Source of the DNA: Takakia lepidozioides
Lineage: Eukaryota > Plantae > Bryophyta
Assembly: GCA_030704615.1 (NCBI GenBank)
Contig: CM060733.1
Location: 45,756,001-45,820,000, forward strand
Direction of reading: 5' to 3'
Length of the DNA stretch: 64,000 nucleotides
The notes under the pieces are model-generated. The model was not told where the DNA came from. It saw nothing but the letters and a program-made list of their open reading frames with translations, and searched no databases. Position 1 is the stretch's first letter. Every line of letters begins with the position of its first letter. The position numbers were made by a program, and so were the translations under genes. This document shows positions 62,000 through 64,000 of the stretch, piece by piece.

Positions 62000-63786
62000 A
62001 TGGCGGAGGAGGAAGACAGAGGAGGTCATCCCAGGGATGACGATAATGAACGTGGACCTCCCAAAAAAAAACCGAAAGGGGCCAGACGCGAACTTCGTTG
62101 GGACATATACAATGACCCTAACATTCTTGCGGAACCAGGTTGGGAAGTTTGGAGGATGGCGCAGCGGTGGTCGCTTGGCGACTGCATGAAATTTGTGGAC
62201 TGGTGTTACATAAATCGTTTGTGGCCCAGAGATAGGCATGATCTACAAACCAAACAAAATCAAGCTAGCTTGCATTCCTACGCCAACCCGCATTTCCGCC
62301 ACATGGCAGAGGAGGTACATGCAACATTGTGGGATCAACCGCTCGTCAACAACAAGGTTTCGTATTTATTTGCGGTCATATTGTACACATAGTTGATTTT
62401 ATTGCGACCAATGGATTGGCAAACTGCCACTGCGAGACAACGTACTAGACTATACATGTTCTCTGATATCCCAAACTTGTATATACTTCAGGGGCAGGAC
62501 ATCATACGGTTGGATGGAAACGACGAGGTGGAAGAATGAGGAAAGGCAAACCAACCTCCAGGTTACACGCCGCAACAGGTCTCCGCAGCCGGGCCTTCAA
62601 CGTCTGAGGTGGAGGGGGGCGAGGTACGCTCTCCGTTGGAGGAACAGTTGGCCGCACATGAACAGCACATCAAGGACCTGCAGGACATTGTTCAATTGCA
62701 ACGGTGACAAATAGCGAAGTTGCTGGAAATAATGGGGTTGGGGACTCTCGACAGCGTACGCGGTGTGCTTCAGGACCCGAGGCCAATCACCAACGAGCAA
62801 GACATATTGGCGCGTTTGGATATGCCACCAATGGACATTGACCGCGTCATCGACAGAGTTGACTCAATCGGGCATGGGAATGAAATGCAAACGCCTGAAC
62901 TGGACCCGGTGAGGGTTGAGTAAGAAAGACTTGTGGCGGAGAAGGCAAGAAAAAGGAAGGACCCCATAGTGGAAACTGGGGAATGTTCAGCCGTGCAAAT
63001 TACATCGGCCCAGGAACAGGAATTAGAGCAACTTGTGGGGGAACGTGAGCAAGCTAGGGCTGTTGCATATCAGTACTCAAATGCCATGCAAATTCAATCG
63101 TGGCCATGGTTGAAGGGGAATTGGCAGAATTGGGTGACATGGGCAGGCCATCTAGCATCGCGGGAAACACAATGGAAGAAGCGTTGTCATCCCTCCAACG
63201 TGCAGCACGTTTGTCGAATCGAAGCGTAGATAGCATCTCTGCTAATTTGCAAAGGCACGACACTGTGCGTGATGTATTCACGTCGAAGTACACTGGATTC
63301 ACCACATGGGGTGACGTGGATGTCATGTTTGAGCACTGTGTGCATACAATTTCCGATACCAATAAGAGCATAAACTGGGATTTGGAAGTAGAGGAGGAGT
63401 GGGACAGCAGGCCGAGGATGTCATCCGACATTCGTGAGGATGAACGGACGTGGATACCACGGAGCAATCCAGCGTCATGGGTAATAGATGGTACGGTGTG
63501 TACAATATGTCTAAACCCTTACGGATCGGATGGAGGCTATATGCTTGGTTCATGTGGCCATTTGTTCCACCCCGCATGTCTCATATCGGCAGCCATGCGA
63601 GCCAGCCAATGCCCTGACTGCCGTGGACCAATCCATCGATATTTCTACGAGTTGTTTGGGTTGCAAGACAATATGCCCACGGGATACGAGTACAACCGGT
63701 ACAACATGCCATTGGATGTATCGCCTTACGATTTTTTAAATTGTCAACACTGGGGGGAGACAATGACATGGGATGCTCCAAGATAG
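62000..63786 (+). pseudogene. Disrupted RING-H2 zinc-finger gene, probably TE cargo
   Basis: CTICLNPY...CGHLFHPACL...QCPDCR in ORF 63100-63786. Upstream ORF pieces (62000-62392, 62720-62923, 62933-63229) are broken by stops and frameshifts. Confidence 0.7.
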
Positions 63787-64000
63787 ATGCACGTCTTGGA
63801 TGTTATGACGTTATCTAGGGTTAAAGATCCGGTGACCTTTTGGGTGACATCCAACTGGGAAATAACCGTGTGCGCTACAGGCATATGGGACCCAGTCCAA
63901 ATGGAGCTTTTTTGCCGGAACTTGGGAGGGCGTTGGAGCTGTACCAAACAAAGATTCTTCCGATTGCCTGAGGATCCGTGGGTGCCAGCGGAAAACGACC

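Overview
Eukaryotic nuclear DNA, not prokaryotic. It probably comes from a non-seed land plant with organellar C-to-U editing (inferred from the PLS-DYW gene style). Host genes: two PLS-class PPR-E-DYW editing factors (83-3562 +, 33176-37587 -), eIF6, a DUF2358-like plastid protein, an ABHD3/YheT-type alpha/beta-hydrolase and TELO2, which has two U12-type introns. Two TE-rich blocks lie at about 9.4-23.5 kb and 52.7-64 kb. The first holds a satellite, four TTAA-flanked piggyBac-like non-autonomous elements, a ParB-motif pseudogene and a GRAM/GEM fragment. The second holds an L1-type LINE, interrupted by an element with hairpin arrays that carries a partly inverted hAT transposase, followed by a RING-H2 gene. 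Main finding: both PPR-DYW genes are preceded by OSB-type 'PDF' ssDNA-binding motif sequence that the ORF track misses. At the second locus, canonical splice sites fuse targeting peptide + PDF motif(s) + PPR + DYW deaminase in frame. Exon models were read by eye and need transcript confirmation.
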